Shown: positions 47,610-58,522, counted from the first letter of the stretch. The stretch is 64,000 nucleotides of DNA from Dehalococcoidia bacterium (GCA_965249275.1 CBDFLQ010000005.1:709857-773856), one strand, 5' to 3'. Notes: generated from the letters alone by a model not told the origin. Made by a program: numbers and translations.

Positions 47610-48590
47610 TTACTTGAATGCCGGGATGACTTCCTCTACGAAGGCCTGGAGGCCTTCCCAGTCGAAGGGGGCGCGGACGGAGATGTTGACCTGGTCGGCG
47701 CCGACGTCTTGCAGAGCGCCGAGGCGCTCGATGGCGTCTTTGGCGGTGCCTAAGATCATTCCCTGTTCAAACTCCGAGAGATAGTCCCGGTCCTTGTCGT
47801 AGTTCGCGTCATCGGGTCCGGCCTCCCCGCGGCCCCACTTCTCTTCGAACTCCCAGCGCTTTCGCTGGGCTGCCTTCTCGTCGGCGCCCATGTAGAAGCC
47901 TACGTTGCAGGAGCGGACGATGTCGGCGGGGTCCCTGCCTTCCTGTTCGCACAGCCTATCTAACAGCCGGTTTTTTGATTCGAAAGCGGCGTCGGGGATG
48001 TAGGTGGCGTTCCAGCCGTCGGCGTATCGGGCGACCATGGGGAGGATACGCCTTTCCCCGATACCGGCAATCCAGAGTCTCGGAGGGTCTTGGACGGGTC
48101 GGGGGTACACGTGGGCGTTATCTATCTGGAAGTGCTTTCCCTGGAAGGTGGTGGTCCCGTTGTGGAGCATGGAGCGCGTGATTTGCGCCGCTTCCTCCAG
48201 GATGTCCATCTGGGTCTTCATGGCAGGTAGATCGAGTCCATAGGCGACGTATTCCGGCCCCCAGGGGCCGTAGCCGATTCCCAGCTCCAAACGCCCGTTG
48301 CTGACGTGGTCAATGGTGACGGCGGCTTTGGCCAGGAGGCCCGGGTTGCGGGTCCCAACACAGAATACGAGACAGCCCACGCGGACGTTTTTGGTCTCCG
48401 CCGCGAGGGCGGTCATTATAGAAACGGCCTCAAAGCATGGGCCTTTGCCATCGATGACGGGGGTCTCGTAGAAGTGGTCCCAGACGGAGACCCAGTAGAA
48501 CCCTGAGGTGTCAGCCATGTGCCAGAGCCGTTTCAAGTCTTCGTAGGAGCAGTCCTGGGGACCGGCATGGATACCTATTTTCAGTGCCAT
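47610..48590 (-). CDS. LLM class F420-dependent oxidoreductase
   Basis: WDHF, RNPGLLAKAA.TIDH.S.GRLELG.G and P.PVQ. Confidence 0.92.
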   Translation of the reverse strand: MALKIGIHAGPQDCSYEDLKRLWHMADTSGFYWVSVWDHFYETPVIDGKGPCFEAVSIMTALAAETKNVRVGCLVFCVGTRNPGLLAKAAVTIDHVSNGRLELGIGYGPWGPEYVAYGLDLPAMKTQMDILEEAAQITRSMLHNGTTTFQGKHFQIDNAHVYPRPVQDPPRLWIAGIGERRILPMVARYADGWNATYIPDAAFESKNRLLDRLCEQEGRDPADIVRSCNVGFYMGADEKAAQRKRWEFEEKWGRGEAGPDDANYDKDRDYLSEFEQGMILGTAKDAIERLGALQDVGADQVNISVRAPFDWEGLQAFVEEVIPAFK

Positions 48591-48619
48591 ATCAAATCCT
48601 CTTTTGAAGGAGCGGTCAG

Positions 48620-49549
48620 CTATTTACGGAAGTGGGGCATTACCTCTTTTGCGAATGTCTCGACGAGGGTGCGGATGTCACGGGGGTGGCATCCGGGGTC
48701 GAGCACAAAGTTGGTGACACCGATTTCTGCGAAGGACTCGATGGTAGCGATCATGTCCTCGGGGCGGCCAACGGCGTAACCCCCGTCCGGGTTTACGGAG
48801 TGCTTCTTATTGAGTCGAGCACCTATTTCCCTCTCCGCGGTCTTAATGCCTTCCTCCCGGCTGTCGGCGAGAGCACCCCAGGTAAGGAGGCCCCAGCCGA
48901 TGGATTCCGGGTCCCGGCCTGCGGCTTCGGCGTGGCCTTTAATGGTGGCCTGGGCGTCCCGAAACCGTTCGACGGGGGTCTCGGTGGGGAAGAAGCCGTC
49001 GCCCAGGCGTCCGGCCCTGCGCAACACGCCCTTTGGGAATCCGTTCATGCCGTTGGCGCCTATCCAGATGGGGACGGGCTGCTGGATGGGCCGAGGGCCC
49101 ATCGTGAGGTCCTTGAAGCTGTAGAACTCGCCGTCATAGTCCACGTTCTCACCGGCGAGGAGCCTGCGGGTGATGTCTATGTACTCGTCGGAGATCCTGC
49201 CGCGCTTGTGAAAGTCGACCTGGGCTATTTCGAAGTCACGGGCCACGGCGCCGATGCCTACGCCCAAGGTCAGCCGACCATCGGAGAGAACATCCACGGA
49301 AGTGGCGTCCTTGAACATCTGGAATGGGGAGCGGAATGGGGCGAGGGTCACGGCGGTCCCGAGCCTCACGTTCTTCGTTTCCCGGGCGGCGGCTGCCAGA
49401 AGGACGAAGGCGTCCAGGTAGGGGAGGGTCACATAGTCGGGGACCCAGAAGTAATCGTAGCCAAGATCGTCGGCCATGCGGGCGAGTTCAAGGGCCTCGG
49501 GGCCTTCTTTGGTCGGGAAGAAGAGGGGGCCGAATTGCAGTGTGTTCAT
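48620..49549 (-). CDS. LLM class flavin/F420-dependent oxidoreductase
   Basis: GYD..W.PD, RLGTAV, DVLSDGRL.LGVG.G and FAKEVMP. Confidence 0.92.
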   Translation of the reverse strand: MNTLQFGPLFFPTKEGPEALELARMADDLGYDYFWVPDYVTLPYLDAFVLLAAAARETKNVRLGTAVTLAPFRSPFQMFKDATSVDVLSDGRLTLGVGIGAVARDFEIAQVDFHKRGRISDEYIDITRRLLAGENVDYDGEFYSFKDLTMGPRPIQQPVPIWIGANGMNGFPKGVLRRAGRLGDGFFPTETPVERFRDAQATIKGHAEAAGRDPESIGWGLLTWGALADSREEGIKTAEREIGARLNKKHSVNPDGGYAVGRPEDMIATIESFAEIGVTNFVLDPGCHPRDIRTLVETFAKEVMPHFRK

Positions 49550-50493
49550 TAGTCAGCACCTTTGAGACGTGGAATCACTTCGCGGCCGAATTGTTCGGTC
49601 TGGGCGGTGGTCTCTTCGGGATCACAGCAGGGGGCGAGGATAAGATGAGAGACGCCTAGGTCGGCGAACAGCTCTGCGGTCTCGATGCAGTCCTCGGGAG
49701 TGCCGAGGCCGTAGCAGGCGTTATCCTGGACTACCCACGGCACGCTAAGCATCCTGGGGATTACCCGGTTGGCCGTGGCCTTTGCCTGTTCGCGGGTGGG
49801 GCCCAGGCATGTCCACATGGTCCCGGCGTAGCCAATGGCGTCGGGGTCTCGGCCTGCGGCTTCTGCGTAGGAGCGGACCTTTTCCTTGGCGTAGGGATAG
49901 TAGCTTGTGGGGGTGTCGGCGGGAAAGATGAAGACATTGGCGTATGTTCCGGCGCGCTTAAGGGCGGCGTCGGCAATTTTGCCGGTCCATCGAGCCCCGA
50001 TCCAGATGGGTACGTGTGGTTGCTGGACGGAGTCGGGGGAGAGGGTGAAGTCCTCGAAATTGTAGTAGTCGCCGGAATGGGAGATGGACTTCTCGGTGAA
50101 GAGTCGGTAGAGGATATCGAGGCGTTCGTTGGAGACTCGGCCCCGCTCCCGGAGGTTGGGGATTCCTTCGACCTCCAGGTCCTTGGGAACGACTCCCCCG
50201 AGCCCGAGGCCGAGAACCAGCCGACCGTCGGATAGGATGTCGGTGGTGACTGCGGCCTTGGCGAGCTGGATGGGACTACGAAGAGCCAATCCAGCGACGC
50301 CCGTGCCGAGCCTGATGGTCTTGGTGTGTTGAGCGGCCGCAGAAAGGACAGCGAAGGGCTCCAGGGTGGGGATGGCCAGGAACTCGGGGGCCCAGAATAT
50401 GGCGTAGCCCCAGGCTTCGGCATCGATTCCCTGCTTCACGGCGCTCCGTTCATTGCCGCCGATTTGTGTGACGCCGAACTCCATGGCGGTCAC
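49549..50493 (-). CDS. LLM class flavin/F420-dependent oxidoreductase
   Basis: LLM motifs; close tandem paralog of 50490-51440. Confidence 0.92.
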   Translation of the reverse strand: MTAMEFGVTQIGGNERSAVKQGIDAEAWGYAIFWAPEFLAIPTLEPFAVLSAAAQHTKTIRLGTGVAGLALRSPIQLAKAAVTTDILSDGRLVLGLGLGGVVPKDLEVEGIPNLRERGRVSNERLDILYRLFTEKSISHSGDYYNFEDFTLSPDSVQQPHVPIWIGARWTGKIADAALKRAGTYANVFIFPADTPTSYYPYAKEKVRSYAEAAGRDPDAIGYAGTMWTCLGPTREQAKATANRVIPRMLSVPWVVQDNACYGLGTPEDCIETAELFADLGVSHLILAPCCDPEETTAQTEQFGREVIPRLKGAD

Positions 50494-51440
50494 GAGGCAA
50501 CACCCGATCTGAAATGGGAGTTTACTTCCCTGCCGAACTGTTCGGTCTGGGCTGTAACCTCTTCGTATTCGCAGCAGGGATTCATGAGGATGTGGGAGAC
50601 GCCCAGGTCAGCGAACTGTTCTGCGGTGTCGATGCAGTCCTCGGGGGTGCCCATGCCGTAGCAGGCGTTATCAGGTACCACCCACGGCACGCTTAGCATC
50701 TCCGGTATTATCCGGTTGGCAACCGCTGTGGCCTGCTCACGGGAAGAGCCGAGGCACGTCCACATGGTGCTGGCGTATCGCATGGCGTCGGGGTCACGGC
50801 CTGCGGCCTCGGCATAGGCGCGGATCTTATCTTGGGCGTAGGGATAGTAGCTGGTGGGGGTGTCGGCGGGGAAGATGAATACGTCGGCGTAGGTCCCGGC
50901 CCGCTTGAGGGCGGCCTCTGTCAGCTTTCCCAGGTAACGGGCCCCGATCCAGATGGGGACGTGGGGTTTCTGTACGGGGTCGGGGCCGAGGGTGAAGTTC
51001 TCAAAATTGTAGTAATTGCCGGAATGGGAAACGGTACGCTCAGTGAAAAGACGGTAAAGGATTTCGAGGCGTTCGTTGGAGACTCGGCCACGTTCCCGGA
51101 GATTGGGGATGTTCTCGACCTCCAGGTCTATGGGGATGAGCCCCCCCAATCCCAGTCCAAGGACCAACCGACCGTTGGAGAGGATGTCTGTGGTCACCGC
51201 CGCCTTGGCCATCTGGACAGGGCTGCGAACGGCCAGGCCTGCGATGCCGGTCCCGAGCTTAATGGTCCTGGTGTGCTGGGCAACGGCAGAAAGAACGGCG
51301 AATGGCTCCATCGTGGGTATGCCCAGGAACTCGGGGGCCCAGAATATTGAATATCCCCAGGCCTCGGCGTCGATTCCCTGCTGCATTGCGCTCCGCTCGT
51401 TGGAGTCGAACAGGGTGACGCCGAATTCCAAGCCGCTCAT
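50490..51440 (-). CDS. LLM class flavin/F420-dependent oxidoreductase
   Basis: LLM motifs; overlapping stop/start with neighbours. Confidence 0.92.
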   Translation of the reverse strand: MSGLEFGVTLFDSNERSAMQQGIDAEAWGYSIFWAPEFLGIPTMEPFAVLSAVAQHTRTIKLGTGIAGLAVRSPVQMAKAAVTTDILSNGRLVLGLGLGGLIPIDLEVENIPNLRERGRVSNERLEILYRLFTERTVSHSGNYYNFENFTLGPDPVQKPHVPIWIGARYLGKLTEAALKRAGTYADVFIFPADTPTSYYPYAQDKIRAYAEAAGRDPDAMRYASTMWTCLGSSREQATAVANRIIPEMLSVPWVVPDNACYGMGTPEDCIDTAEQFADLGVSHILMNPCCEYEEVTAQTEQFGREVNSHFRSGVAS

Positions 51441-52384
51441 GAATTGTCCCTGGTCCTGAAGTGGGGTATGACTTCTTTGGCAAAGACTTCAAACATTTCG
51501 AGCATATCAACGGGGGCGCAGGCGGGGTCTACGACGAAATTGGTGACGCCGATGTCGACGTAGCCCTGGAGGGTCTCGGCCATTTCCTCGGGCGTGCCAA
51601 GGATATAGCCGTTCTCTGCCTGTACGTCCCACTCGGACTCGAGACGCTTGCTAATCTCTCGGCTGGCGGTCTGCCGGGCTTCTTCCTTGGAACTCCCGGG
51701 GCAGGTCCAGGCGAGGAGTCCCCACTTTATGGAGTCAGGGTCGCGTCCGATCTCGGCGGCGCGGGCCCTGATGCGTTCCTGGGCCTTCTGGAATTCCGGG
51801 ATGGAGGTGTCGGCGGGGTAGAAGCCATCTCCGTAGCGAGCTGCCCGGTCAATGACGCCGCTGGGGAAGCCGTTATTGCAGATGGACCCAATCCAGATGG
51901 GGATACCTGACTCCTGGACGGGCCTCGGCTCCATGGTGAGGTCGTCGAAGGAGTAGTAGTGGCCCCGATGGCTGACGTTCTCTTCAGTGAGGAGCCTTCG
52001 GGTGATGTCCAGGGTCTCGTTGGAGATGCGGCCGCGCTTTCGCATGTCGACCTGGGCGACATCGAAGTCCCGGGGCACGGCGCCGCCAATGCCCACGCCA
52101 AGGGTGAATCGGCCCCCGGAAAGCACGTCCACCGTGGCCGAGGCCTTGGCCAGCTGGAAGGGGGTCCTGAATGGGACTACTACCACGGCGGTGCCCAACC
52201 TGAGATAGGTGGTGTTCTGGGCGACGGCGGAGAGGAGAACGAAGGCGTCCATGGGGCTGAGGGTCACGTAGTCGGGGACCCAGTAGTAGTCGTAGCCCCA
52301 GGCTTCGGCCTTGCGGGCGAGTTCCACCGGGTCGATGTATTTCTCCATCGTGGTATAGAGGGGCCCGAACTGTACGTTGGTCAT
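51437..52384 (-). CDS. LLM class flavin/F420-dependent oxidoreductase
   Basis: MTNVQFG start, LRLGTAV and DVLSGGRF.LGVG. Confidence 0.92.
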   Translation of the reverse strand: MTNVQFGPLYTTMEKYIDPVELARKAEAWGYDYYWVPDYVTLSPMDAFVLLSAVAQNTTYLRLGTAVVVVPFRTPFQLAKASATVDVLSGGRFTLGVGIGGAVPRDFDVAQVDMRKRGRISNETLDITRRLLTEENVSHRGHYYSFDDLTMEPRPVQESGIPIWIGSICNNGFPSGVIDRAARYGDGFYPADTSIPEFQKAQERIRARAAEIGRDPDSIKWGLLAWTCPGSSKEEARQTASREISKRLESEWDVQAENGYILGTPEEMAETLQGYVDIGVTNFVVDPACAPVDMLEMFEVFAKEVIPHFRTRDNS

Positions 52385-52635
52385 AGCAAGACCCTTTCGG
52401 GGTGGGGATTCGGGGGTCATTTTAACGGAAAGGTGGATGTATGTCAGGGGATGCGGTTCTTCAGTGCGTCGGAGGGTATGCTGAAACTGTATATGCCACA
52501 AGCACAGGACGGGCATGAGACCCGCCCGTATGGGGATAGGGAAAAGAATCGGGGGCGGGGTGGATGTAATCTGCACCATGATATAATCAGTCGCCCATCA
52601 GCCACGACAAATGCGACCTGGGAGGAGCATCCGAA

Positions 52636-53799
52636 ATGAAACTGGCTTCTAGAATGAGCAACCTGGGGACCGAGACCGCGTTTGAGGTCCTGGTAAAAGC
52701 CAACGCCCTGGCCGCCACGGGTGTCGACGTGGTGCACCTTGAGCTAGGAGAGCCAGATTTCGACACTCCCGGCCACATTATCGGCGCGGCGAAGGATGCG
52801 CTGGATGGCGGGTTCACCCACTACGGCCCTGCCGCCGGTCTTCCCGACGTTCGTGCAGCGGTTGCCAAGCACACATCCGAGACCCGGGGCATTGACGTTT
52901 CGCCAGACAACGTTATCGTCACGCCGGGCGCAAAGCCGATAATGTTCTACACCCTGACTGCCCTTGTGGAAGAAGGGGACGAGGTCATATACCCGAACCC
53001 CGGATTCCCGATCTATGAGTCGATGATCAAATTCTCGGGGGCTACGCCTGTACCCATGCGCCTGTACGAGGAGGAGGGATTCAAGCCCGACCTGGATGAA
53101 GTGAGGCGATCCATAACCTCCCGCACACGGCTGATAATCCTGAACTCGCCCCACAACCCGACGGGTGGGATGATGGATAAAGAGGATTTAGAGGCCATTG
53201 CAGAAATGGCAAAGGAGCACGACATCCTGGTGCTCTCCGACGAGATGTACAGGGACATAGTCTACGACAGCACTCACACGAGCATTGCCGAGTTACCGGG
53301 GATGCTGGAGCGTTCCATAATCCTGGACGGCTTTTCGAAGACCTACGCCATGACTGGGTGGAGGCTCGGGTACGGTGTGTTCCCGCCGGAGCTGGTGCCC
53401 CATATCTCGAAGCTGATGGTGAACAGCGTCTCTTGTACGGCGCCCTTTGTGCAGAAGGCGGGCGTCGCGGCATTAGAAGGCTCCAAGGAAGAGCCTCAAG
53501 AGATGGTCGCGGAGTTCCGCAGACGGCGGGACATGACCTGCGACGCCCTGAACGAGATAGACGGCATCCGGTGCTTCAAGCCAGAGGGAGCTTTTTACCT
53601 GTTCCCCAACGTCTCGGACCTCGGGCTTTCGGCGCAGCAGTTCGGGGACCGATTGCTCTACGAGAACGGGGTGGCGGTGCTTCCGGGCATCTCCTTCGGG
53701 AAATACGGAGAGGGATTCGTACGGATTTCCTTCGCTACGAGCATGGAGAACCTGGAGAAGGGCGTGGAGGGGATACGGAAGTTTGTGGCGACGCTGTAA
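52636..53799 (+). CDS. PLP-dependent aminotransferase class I/II (aspartate aminotransferase-like)
   Basis: GEPDF.TP, NSPHNPTG, SDEMY, GFSKTYAMTGWRLG and GAFY.F. Confidence 0.94.
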   Translation: MKLASRMSNLGTETAFEVLVKANALAATGVDVVHLELGEPDFDTPGHIIGAAKDALDGGFTHYGPAAGLPDVRAAVAKHTSETRGIDVSPDNVIVTPGAKPIMFYTLTALVEEGDEVIYPNPGFPIYESMIKFSGATPVPMRLYEEEGFKPDLDEVRRSITSRTRLIILNSPHNPTGGMMDKEDLEAIAEMAKEHDILVLSDEMYRDIVYDSTHTSIAELPGMLERSIILDGFSKTYAMTGWRLGYGVFPPELVPHISKLMVNSVSCTAPFVQKAGVAALEGSKEEPQEMVAEFRRRRDMTCDALNEIDGIRCFKPEGAFYLFPNVSDLGLSAQQFGDRLLYENGVAVLPGISFGKYGEGFVRISFATSMENLEKGVEGIRKFVATL

Positions 53800-53836
53800 G
53801 GGTAGGTTCATCGACTACAACCTGAAATAACCAATA

Positions 53837-53876
53837 AAAGGAAAGGGTTGGCACTATGCGCCAACCCTTTCCTTTG
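53837..53876. terminator. bidirectional intrinsic terminator
   Basis: aaaaggaaagggttggc-actatgc-gccaaccctttcctttg. Confidence 0.85.
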
Positions 53877-53892
53877 GGAATTATCTACCGTT

Positions 53893-54093
53893 CTAACCAC
53901 TACGGGCGAAGAAAAGAAGTAGCACGACGAAACCAAGAATACATAGACCTAGCCCTATTGTGGCAAGTTCGGCTCTCTTCGTCACCATGTGCATCTTCGG
54001 GCCCGTGAGTTTCCTCTCTTTATCTCTCCACAGCAGGTGCCTGACGGCAAAGATCCACCCAAAGAATGTCGCAAGGAATACGAATATAGGCAT
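53893..54093 (-). CDS. small two-TM hypothetical membrane protein
   Basis: 66-aa ORF with two hydrophobic stretches, ending at the terminator. Confidence 0.45.
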   Translation of the reverse strand: MPIFVFLATFFGWIFAVRHLLWRDKERKLTGPKMHMVTKRAELATIGLGLCILGFVVLLLFFARSG

Positions 54094-54302
54094 CGGCTTT
54101 TCCGTTCTGACCACCAGGTAGACATAAAGTTAGTCCCCGGTACTTGCGATACAGAGGGCTCTGCGGCGGCACGGGGCGGGACTCGGCGGCATGGTGTCAC
54201 AATCCAGGCGAGTATAGCCTTCCAATGAAGGCTGTCAAAATTCCTCACAGGGCCTCGGGATGACATGCGAGAGGGGTTTTGCAAAGTGAGGGTATTGAAG
54301 AA

Positions 54303-55241
54303 ATGAAATTCGGGATAATGCATTCGCACATCTACGACCCAATCGAGGGTGTAGACATGGCGGTCCGGGCAGAAGAGTCGGGGTACGACTCCTTTTGGGT
54401 GACGGACTTTGCCCTGGGGTCAACTCCAGACCCAATGACGCTCCTGGTGGCGGCGTCCCAGAAGACGGAGCGCATTCTGCTGGCAACGGCGGTGATTGTA
54501 CTTCCGTACCGGCACCCCCTCGCCCTTGCCAAGACTGTAGCTACAGTAGACGCGCTATCGAAGGGTCGGCTGATATTGGGGTTGGGGGTAGGGAGCCGTA
54601 AGGAAGAGTTCGACGCCATGGGGCTGGACATTCACCAGCGGGGAGCGATGGCTGACGAGAAGCTGGCTTTGCTGCGACGGCTGATATCGGAGGAAAGTGT
54701 GACACACCGGGGTAAGTTTCATCAGATGGAGGGGGTGGTAGTTGGGCCGGAACCCGTGCAGCGTCCTCACCCACCGATTTGGACTGGACCGTTGTGGAAG
54801 AAGGGCCTTGTAGAATCGACACTCGTAAGGGCGGGAAGGCTTGCCGACGGCTTCATACCGACCCTGGTCCCCGTGTCCGAATACGGGGCAGTGCGTAACA
54901 AGGTGCGCGCCTACGCAAAAGGGTTTGGCCGGGACCCGGACGCGCTGGAGTTTGGGACAGTGCTTTGGTTCTGCCTGGACGACGACCGGGAGCGGGCGTG
55001 GAAAACGCTGGAAGCGGAATCTAACCGTCGGCGTAGCCATACGGCGGCGGTGCGGGGGGAGGCGAATGTCTCGGGTAACGCCGAGGACTGTGCTGAGGCG
55101 ATCCAAGAGTACATCGACGCGGGGGTTACGCACTTTGTGATGAACGCGGGTGTCACGCCGGAGCAGATGATGGAGCAGTATGAGCGGTTTGGGCGTGAAG
55201 TGCTGCCTTTGGTGAGGGGGATTTCACCCTCTCCGGCCTAA
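54303..55241 (+). CDS. LLM class flavin/F420-dependent oxidoreductase
   Basis: MKFG, GYDSFWV.D, RHP..LAK..AT.D.LS.GRL.LG.G. Confidence 0.92.
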   Translation: MKFGIMHSHIYDPIEGVDMAVRAEESGYDSFWVTDFALGSTPDPMTLLVAASQKTERILLATAVIVLPYRHPLALAKTVATVDALSKGRLILGLGVGSRKEEFDAMGLDIHQRGAMADEKLALLRRLISEESVTHRGKFHQMEGVVVGPEPVQRPHPPIWTGPLWKKGLVESTLVRAGRLADGFIPTLVPVSEYGAVRNKVRAYAKGFGRDPDALEFGTVLWFCLDDDRERAWKTLEAESNRRRSHTAAVRGEANVSGNAEDCAEAIQEYIDAGVTHFVMNAGVTPEQMMEQYERFGREVLPLVRGISPSPA

Positions 55242-55375
55242 GGCGGACCTACGGTTTGTAGAGGGAGGGGAAACGTGACCTCCCATCGCTCATACTTCGA
55301 GAGCCTCAGCACGAGCGGCCCCGACCCCTCCAACACGGGACGGGGTCGGACCTAGTCCCAGCCGCGGGATGTTCG

Positions 55376-56305
55376 TTAGCGGAAGTGGGGGACTATTTCC
55401 TTGGCGGCGCGTTCGTATTGTTCGACGATTTCTTCGGCGGGGGAGGCGGAATCGAGGATGAAGTGGGTGACGCCGATGTCGACGTATGCCTGAATAGCCT
55501 CGATGCATTCGTCGACGGTGCCGGCAGCAGCAGCCCGGCCATGGACTAAGGGGTAGTCCCGGTCCAGTCTGTCGGCGAGCTCTGCAAATCCCTTGCGTTC
55601 GGCGTACTCACGAGAGTCTTCCATGATGATGAAGATGAAGATCCCCCATTCGATGGAGGAGGGGTCTCGGCCGGCGGCCTCGGCGTGGCGGGAGATGCGT
55701 TCCATGGCGTCTTTGTACTGCTCGATGGTGGCCTCGGTCGGGATGAAGCCGTCGCCGTACTTGCCGGTGCGTCGAAGGGCGCCCTCTGCCCAGCCGCTGC
55801 CGCAATGGGCCCCGAGCCAAATGGGTATCCGGGGCTTGCTGATGGAAGGGGGGCCGATGGCAACGTCTTCGAAGGAGTGGAAGCGTCCGTGGTGGGTGAC
55901 GGTCTTGCCATCCAGGATATGGGACATGATGTCCAGGCGCTCATCGGAGACGCGGCCCCGGTATCGGATGTCGAGTCCCATCACGTCAAACTCCCTCGGG
56001 TTTGCGCCTATGCCGACACCCAGGAGAAGTCTCCCGTTGGAAAGCACATCCACGGACAGGGCCGACTTGGAAAGCTGAAGAGGGTCCTTGTAGGGAAGGA
56101 CCATGACGGCGGTGCCGAGTTGGATGGTGGAGGTGCGTTGGGCCGCGGCGCCGAGTACGATGAGGGCGTCCAGGCGGGGCTTGAGGACGTAGTCGGGGAC
56201 CCAGAAGGAGTCGTAGCCCCAGGACTCGGCTTTCTCGGCGAGTTCCACGGGCCCCATGATGTCTTCGATTCGGGTGTAGATGGGGCCAAACTTTACTTTA
56301 GTCAT
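55376..56305 (-). CDS. LLM class flavin/F420-dependent oxidoreductase
   Basis: GGAGG SD before MTKVKFG; LLM motifs. Confidence 0.92.
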   Translation of the reverse strand: MTKVKFGPIYTRIEDIMGPVELAEKAESWGYDSFWVPDYVLKPRLDALIVLGAAAQRTSTIQLGTAVMVLPYKDPLQLSKSALSVDVLSNGRLLLGVGIGANPREFDVMGLDIRYRGRVSDERLDIMSHILDGKTVTHHGRFHSFEDVAIGPPSISKPRIPIWLGAHCGSGWAEGALRRTGKYGDGFIPTEATIEQYKDAMERISRHAEAAGRDPSSIEWGIFIFIIMEDSREYAERKGFAELADRLDRDYPLVHGRAAAAGTVDECIEAIQAYVDIGVTHFILDSASPAEEIVEQYERAAKEIVPHFR

Positions 56306-56379
56306 ATTGTCCTCCAGTGTCCTCAATGGGCTGGGGCGGGCGACCGGCCGGTCGCCCCTACAAGGAGAGAGAGGTCATT

Positions 56380-57330
56380 TCAGCGGAACTCAGGAATAAC
56401 CTCTTTGGCGAAGCGAGCTACCGCTTCGTACGGGTAGGGAGTATAGAGGGTGATGATAACCTGGTCGACGCCGATGTCGGCGCGGGCTTGCACCCACTCC
56501 AGCCAATCATCCACGTCGCCGGTCATGGCCTGGCTCTGGCCTCGAAATAGGAGGTCGGGCTGATCGATGGCGATCTTTGCCAGGAAATCGTCATAGGACT
56601 TCTGCCGTTCGGGAGGAACGAACTGAACGAGGACGGTCTTCTTGATATCGTCGAAGTTTCGGCCCGCATCGAGGCAGTGTTGGCGCAGCACATCGAACTT
56701 GTGGGCAACGAGCTCGGGACTGCCGTAGGTATTCATCTGATCGGCGTGCCGGGCCACGGCGCGGAGGGTTAGCTTCTCGCCTCCGCCGGCGATCATGATG
56801 GGAGGGTAGGGCTTCTGCACTGGCTTGGGATTGAAGGGGGCATTTTCCAGGGTGTAATGGCGTCCGTGGAATGTTACGGGGTCGGGGGACTGCCACAGGA
56901 GCTTGGTCAACTGGACGGCCTCTTCCATTTGGGTTACGCGGTCGCGGATTGAATCGAAGGGAATGCCATAGGCTAGGTGCTCCTCTGTTGCCCACCCTGC
57001 CCCTATGCCGTAGGTGAGCCTGCCTTCGCTCATGATGTCTACGGTTGCTGCGATCTTGGCGAGCATCACGGGGTGCCGGTAGGTGTTGTCGCAAACCAAA
57101 GGTCCGATGGGAATGTTCCGGGTGAAGGAGGCTAGGGCGGAGAGCAGGCTCCAGCATTCGAGGACAGGGCCAGGAGATAAGTCGGCGTCGCCGGGTGTAA
57201 GGACGTCGGCAACCCAGAGATGGTCGAATCCCAAGTCCTCGACGGTTTCGCACATGCGGCGGAACTCAGGCCAGGAGGTGTTGGAAGCTCCTACCAAACA
57301 GGCGAATTCGATAGGCTTTTTCGAGGACAT
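56380..57330 (-). CDS. LLM class F420-dependent oxidoreductase
   Basis: NTYRHP..LAK.AATVD..S.GRL and PKPVQKP.PPI.IAGGGEK.TL. Confidence 0.92.
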   Translation of the reverse strand: MSSKKPIEFACLVGASNTSWPEFRRMCETVEDLGFDHLWVADVLTPGDADLSPGPVLECWSLLSALASFTRNIPIGPLVCDNTYRHPVMLAKIAATVDIMSEGRLTYGIGAGWATEEHLAYGIPFDSIRDRVTQMEEAVQLTKLLWQSPDPVTFHGRHYTLENAPFNPKPVQKPYPPIMIAGGGEKLTLRAVARHADQMNTYGSPELVAHKFDVLRQHCLDAGRNFDDIKKTVLVQFVPPERQKSYDDFLAKIAIDQPDLLFRGQSQAMTGDVDDWLEWVQARADIGVDQVIITLYTPYPYEAVARFAKEVIPEFR

Positions 57331-57348
57331 AGTAGAAGGTTCTCGGGA

Positions 57349-58512
57349 TTAGATCTGCTTGACAAGGAACTCCCTGGGGAAGCTGGTGAGGGTTTCAGTG
57401 CCGTTGTCGGTGATAAGGACGGTCTCGCTGAAGCCGGGACCTGCGACGCCCGGTATGAGAAGGGCAGGAGTGAGGTGGAAGGTCATGCCCGGCTTTAGGA
57501 AGCGTTGGTCGTCGGGCTTGATGTCCATGATATGGCCCTCACCCCATCCCGGCGGGTACCCCACGCCGATGGAATAGCCGGTGCGGTGGTTGAAGAGGTG
57601 TCCGTATCCAGCCTTGGTGATGGCGTCGCGGCAGAAGGCGTCGGCGTCGTGAGAGGTCATGCCGGGGCCCATGTTATCGACGGCGGCGGTGACCCCGGCT
57701 ATGGAGGCCTCGGCGACTCGTTTGACCTCGTCGTCAGGCGGGCCGAGGGAGATGGTACGCATGAGGGATGCGCTGTAACGCTTCACGTTGGCGGATATTT
57801 CGAAGAAGACGGGGTCGCCGGGCTCCAGGGTGACGTTGGAGAAGGTGATGTGGCCTCGGCTCGTACGTTTGCCGGAAGCGACGTAGGGCTGACCTGCGAA
57901 GTATATGCTGCCCTCGGCGTAGAGGGTGCGGGTGAGCTCTCCGGCGACGTAGTTGTCGGTGACGCCGGGTTGTGCAGCGTCGATGCCGGCCTGCATTCCC
58001 TTGGCGACTATGCGGGCGGCTTCCCTGATAGCCTCAATTTCCAGGGGAGACTTCACAACTCGGCTCTCTTCGACGATGTTGCCGCCGTCCTTGATCTCGG
58101 CGCTTGGGAGGAGGGAGACGGTCTGCTGGTAGTCACGGAGCTGGAGGAACCAGGAAGTTGACTCGAAGCCGACGCGCTTGTCGGCATAGCCAAACTCGTC
58201 GATGGCGTTGCAAGTGGTAACCACTGGGTCTTCGGTATCGGAGAAAATGCGGTAGTCGTCGAGCCATGTTCCCAGGGTGACGTTGTCGGTCTCCAGCTCA
58301 CGGGTGACCATGATCGGGTCCCGGTCGGCGGGGATGAGTAGACACTGATATACGTAATAGCCGGTGGTGTTGTAGCCGGTGAGGTAGTTGATGTTCTCCG
58401 GGGTGTAGGCCAGAAGGATATCTATGTCTCGGGAGCGCATCCGCTCCTGGACTGAAGCCAGACGAGTCCTGTACTCCTCGACGGGAAAGGGGATGTCTCT
58501 GTGCTCGGCCAT
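57349..58512 (-). CDS. M24 family Xaa-Pro peptidase / creatinase-like hydrolase (ectoine hydrolase-like)
   Basis: F..EEY..RL, NINYLTG, KS..EI, HRTGYSIG...PP.WGE and SETV. Confidence 0.85.
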   Translation of the reverse strand: MAEHRDIPFPVEEYRTRLASVQERMRSRDIDILLAYTPENINYLTGYNTTGYYVYQCLLIPADRDPIMVTRELETDNVTLGTWLDDYRIFSDTEDPVVTTCNAIDEFGYADKRVGFESTSWFLQLRDYQQTVSLLPSAEIKDGGNIVEESRVVKSPLEIEAIREAARIVAKGMQAGIDAAQPGVTDNYVAGELTRTLYAEGSIYFAGQPYVASGKRTSRGHITFSNVTLEPGDPVFFEISANVKRYSASLMRTISLGPPDDEVKRVAEASIAGVTAAVDNMGPGMTSHDADAFCRDAITKAGYGHLFNHRTGYSIGVGYPPGWGEGHIMDIKPDDQRFLKPGMTFHLTPALLIPGVAGPGFSETVLITDNGTETLTSFPREFLVKQI

Positions 58513-58522
58513 TGCGATTCTC